Shown: positions 60,312-64,000 of the stretch, in pieces | Layout: every line of letters begins with the position of its first letter | How positions within the stretch are numbered: position 1 is the stretch's first letter | Source of the DNA: an uncultured bacterium | Lineage (GTDB): Bacteria; Patescibacteriota; Dojkabacteria; J137 | Length of the DNA stretch: 64,000 nt | Assembly (NCBI GenBank): GCA_963700155.1 | Contig: OY969472.1 | Location: forward strand, 66,058-130,057 | Direction of reading: 5' to 3' | Made by a program: the position numbers and the translations under genes | Notes under the pieces: generated by a model | The model's database searches: none | The model's input: only the letters and a program-made list of their open reading frames with translations | What the model was told of the DNA's origin: nothing

Positions 60312-62801
60312 TTATCCTTCTTTTTCAATTTTCTTTTCGATTTGCTGAATTGGTTGACCATTATACAAAGGAAGTCCTAGTGTGAATGTACTTCCTTCAC
60401 CTACATTACTTTTGACGTCTACCTTCCCATCCATAATCTTAATTAGATTGAATGTAACGAATAATCCCAAACCAGTTCCGCCAGGTCTTACAATTTCAAT
60501 TTGGCTTTTAAGATCTTGATGAGCAGCAATTTGCTCTTCAATATACTGCCTTGCTCTAAAGAATTTCTCTCCTAGTCTTTTCATATCTTCGTCTGTAATA
60601 CCAATCCCAGTATCTTTAACTGAAAGATATCCCATTTGATCATCTTTGGATAAGATTATTTCAATTGTTCCTTTGAAAGTATACTTTACAGCATTGCTAA
60701 CAAAATTATCAGCAGCTTCTTCAACACGAGTTTTATCTGCATAAATAAATATTGGTTCTGTTGGAGGATTATAGATTACTGATAGACCTTTCTTTTCTGC
60801 ATCTTTCTGAAATCCTTCTAATGACTCTTTCACTACATCAAGTAGATTTACTTTTTCTAGAGTTAGCTGGAAACCTTTTCCTTCAGTTTTAGTTGCAGAA
60901 AGGAGTGTTTCAATTAAATCTACTTCTCTTCTTGTTGAATCAATAGCCATTTCTAAATATTTAGAAAGATTGGCAACGGATTGGGTATTATCTTTTTTAG
61001 CAGACATATCCATCATTAAGAGTGCATTTCTTGCTATTGAGATTGGAGTTCTTAATTCATGCCCCATAATGTCTATCATATCTCGTTCATGACGTCTTAC
61101 TTCTTCAAGTTGGCCTAAAGCCGTCTCAAGATTTTTTTGAACCTCCTGTGAAGTTTCGTAAAGATTTGCATTTTCTAACGCAATTCCGATTTGATTGGCA
61201 TAGGTTGAGAATAACTGTTTCTCATTATCTTCAATTTGATTTATATCTTTATTTTTAAGGAAATAAGCTAAGACACCGATCGTTTGTCCTCGGGAGATTA
61301 CAGGATATACTGCTATAGACTTAATATTTAATATTGCCGATACAGCAGGAATAAGTTGTTTAGGAACAGGAGGAGACATATAATCTTCTAAATTAGTAGT
61401 GAATTGTGGTCTACCTGTTTTTAATACTACTGTCCCAATATTATTAACATATTTAGAATCATTTATATTTACTATGTATTGACTAAAATCACCGATTACT
61501 TTCTCCACTTGATAAGATAACTGGTTTCTACTCGAAGCAATAATTTTTAATTCTTTTTTCACCTCATCAAAACTACCCAATGCTGCTCCTATCATATATT
61601 CATTCTGTGGTAAGGAATCAACAGCTGATTGTGCTACTTCTCTTGGAATAAGTGTTCTAGAAATATTTGTCCTATAATTTTTTCAACTTGATAAGAAAAT
61701 TGATTTCTACTTGTAGCGATTACTCTAAGTTCTTTTTTAACATCATTGAAACTACCTAAAACTGCTCCCCATCATCGATTCATCTTGTGGAAGAGAATCA
61801 ACTGCTGCTTGAGCTACTTCTCGTGGATTTAAAGTTTTTGATACGTTAGAGGTTAGGTTGTATAAGGATTTAGTGTTTTTTAGCTCAACAGACATTGCAC
61901 CGGATGCATCTTTAAGTGCTTTATTAACTTTAACTAATTCTTCACTTTGTTGCTTTTCCGTAAGGACACCTCGGACCAAAATTATTGAAATAATTACAAA
62001 AAAGGTGAAGATAATAATCTTTACTACTTGTTCTAATAAATTATTACTTAAGGCTAAGATATCTATTATTAATAAAACGCCTATAATACTAATAAGAAGT
62101 GCAGTTAATGTAACTTTCACCCCTAAAAATTCACCCTTAAGTATTGCATATGCTGTGAATGCCAAAAATAAAACTGCTGAATAATCACCTAAATGTTGGT
62201 ATTCAGCTGTACCTAGAATCGTTGGGGATAATATATTAAATATTACGTTAAAAACTATAAGGAAAAATGTCCCTATTAAAAAATATATTACTTTCCTTTT
62301 TTCAACAAATGTAAGTTTAAAATAACGAGAGACAAAATAATAGACTAGAATTCCAGTAATTAAGACAGCATATAAATTAAAATAGAGATTTATTGGACCA
62401 AAATTAATCTCATTACCCCATTCTCTTCTGATTACCCCTTGTATAATACTATCTGTAAATAATGATAAGAAAATGAATATCAAAGTAAGTGCTATCAATA
62501 AACCCTTAAATTTTTTATTAGAAATCTTTAAAAAATTTTCAATATAGAAAATGTATGCTGCAAGAAAAAAACCAGCGACAAATGACCAATTAATTTTATA
62601 AAATAAAATAGCTGCTGATAAATCATTATTTGAATAACCAAGATAGGCAAAATCAACCCAACCAACTAAGAATAAAGTCATCACAACAAACCATCTATAT
62701 AATGGTTCTTTTAGTGAATTTGCTAAAACAACAATTACAAGGAAAACACTTGCAGCGTTAATTAAAGCTAATATTATTCCCTCAACTAAATTAGATGTCA
62801 T
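60312..62801 (-). CDS. 7TM-GAF sensor histidine kinase, disrupted between ~61600 and 61790
   Basis: HisKA_7TM-like N-terminus (61752-62801); GAF, MGHELRTP and HATPase (60312-61595); partial GAF duplication between them. Confidence 0.75.
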
Positions 62802-62803
62802 TT

Positions 62804-63673
62804 TTACAGTTTAAATATTATTTCTCCTATTATAAGGATAATTGGCCAAAATATATACTCACCATCAACAACAATATATGAAAGGGTTCGCAAATCTTTC
62901 TTCTGAATATTTTGGCTAACTATAAGATAAGTAGTTCCATAAATTATAAAAAATATGAGAATTATTCCTTCTAGTGGAATTACTTTATTAAGAATACCTA
63001 ATAGTAATGGTATAAGTGATAATAAATTAATAAGTTGTAGTATCATTATTGTTTTATTTTTACCAAAGTATACTGCCATCGTTTTAAGTCCTAACTTTTT
63101 GTCACTTTCTATATCTTTGATATCAAAAAAAGTAGAATTAACAATCCATCTTAAAAGTACAAAAATAAAAAAATAAATAAAAAACAATTCTAAATCTAAT
63201 CCATAGTAAATAGGCACAACTAATATTATTAATGCCCAAAAAAATGAAGTATATATATTTTTGAAGCCTAAAAGGTATTTAGAAAAAAAATTCTTAATGC
63301 CTTCTGTATAAAGAATTCCAAATAAAACTATAAAAAGTATAAATAAAATTGTTGGAATATTTGTGAGTGCTAGCAATATAATTAACACTACCGAATAAAA
63401 TATAAGTGATAGTTTTATAAAGTTAGACCTCTGTAGAATATGCTGAGATCTTTCTGGATTTGAAAGAATGTCAACACCTAGCTCCTTATAATGATTATAG
63501 GTGTAAATAATTTGTGAACCTAAATAAGAAATTGCAAGAATTATGAAATTAATCGGTAACCCTAAAAGCAAAATAACTGTCATTACAATTCCTGAAGCGC
63601 CTAGAGATAATAAATGTCCGCCATAAACAAACTCAACACTTAGTTTTAAAAATATACTTTTCACTAAATTCAT
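62804..63673 (-). CDS. UbiA prenyltransferase family protein
   Basis: YTYN...D..SNPER, FDIKDIESDKKLGLKT, multiple TM helices. Confidence 0.85.
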   Translation of the reverse strand: MNLVKSIFLKLSVEFVYGGHLLSLGASGIVMTVILLLGLPINFIILAISYLGSQIIYTYNHYKELGVDILSNPERSQHILQRSNFIKLSLIFYSVVLIILLALTNIPTILFILFIVLFGILYTEGIKNFFSKYLLGFKNIYTSFFWALIILVVPIYYGLDLELFFIYFFIFVLLRWIVNSTFFDIKDIESDKKLGLKTMAVYFGKNKTIMILQLINLLSLIPLLLGILNKVIPLEGIILIFFIIYGTTYLIVSQNIQKKDLRTLSYIVVDGEYIFWPIILIIGEIIFKL

Positions 63674-64000
63674 TATACTTATAAGAAATCTTTGTTTTAT
63701 TAGTAAGTATACAGCTTTGAATAAATTATTTCATTCCAATTCAAATATTCTTTAGATGATTTTCATTTAACTCAAAGTGATTAATTATATAAAATTTGGC
63801 TCTTCTTTTTCAGCACTTACTAATGAAGTACAATAAGATTACAACGTCAGACTTCAATAACAAATATATGTATGTTAGATTTTGCATAAAAGTGGTTTCG
63901 ACTAATATTATGGATATATGCCTGAGTAAACAAAATTACTTTATTTTTAAATGTATTTCATTAATAATATTATTTTCTAACTATTGCTTTTTGAAAAATT

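Overview
AT-rich bacterial chromosome segment (genetic code 11) that looks like a Patescibacteria/CPR genome, possibly Dojkabacteria; this taxonomy is inferred from gene content, not tested. Housekeeping genes (gatA, cysS, metG, dnaE, mutS, hrcA-grpE-dnaK, asnS, aspS, tRNA-Ala, tRNA-Asn) are interspersed with orphan ORFs, surface proteins, glycosyltransferases and two-component genes. Several frameshifts (dnaE, two kinases) look like long-read indel errors. The standout is a ~5.8 kb minus-strand unit at 15630-21419. A perfect TTGACA-N17-TATAAT promoter is followed by a boxA-like element and ~700 nt of hairpin-rich RNA, then six GC-richer orphan ORFs, five with strong Shine-Dalgarno sites. Each ORF has a boxA-like motif upstream, and the unit contains three covarying type III hammerhead ribozymes plus further unassigned structured RNAs. 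It appears to be an antiterminated, self-processing cassette array. A second theme is leader-peptide transcription attenuators upstream of aminoacyl-tRNA synthetase genes: an Asn-rich leader before asnS and a Met-Met leader before metG. All RNA structures were paired by eye; no database searches were run.
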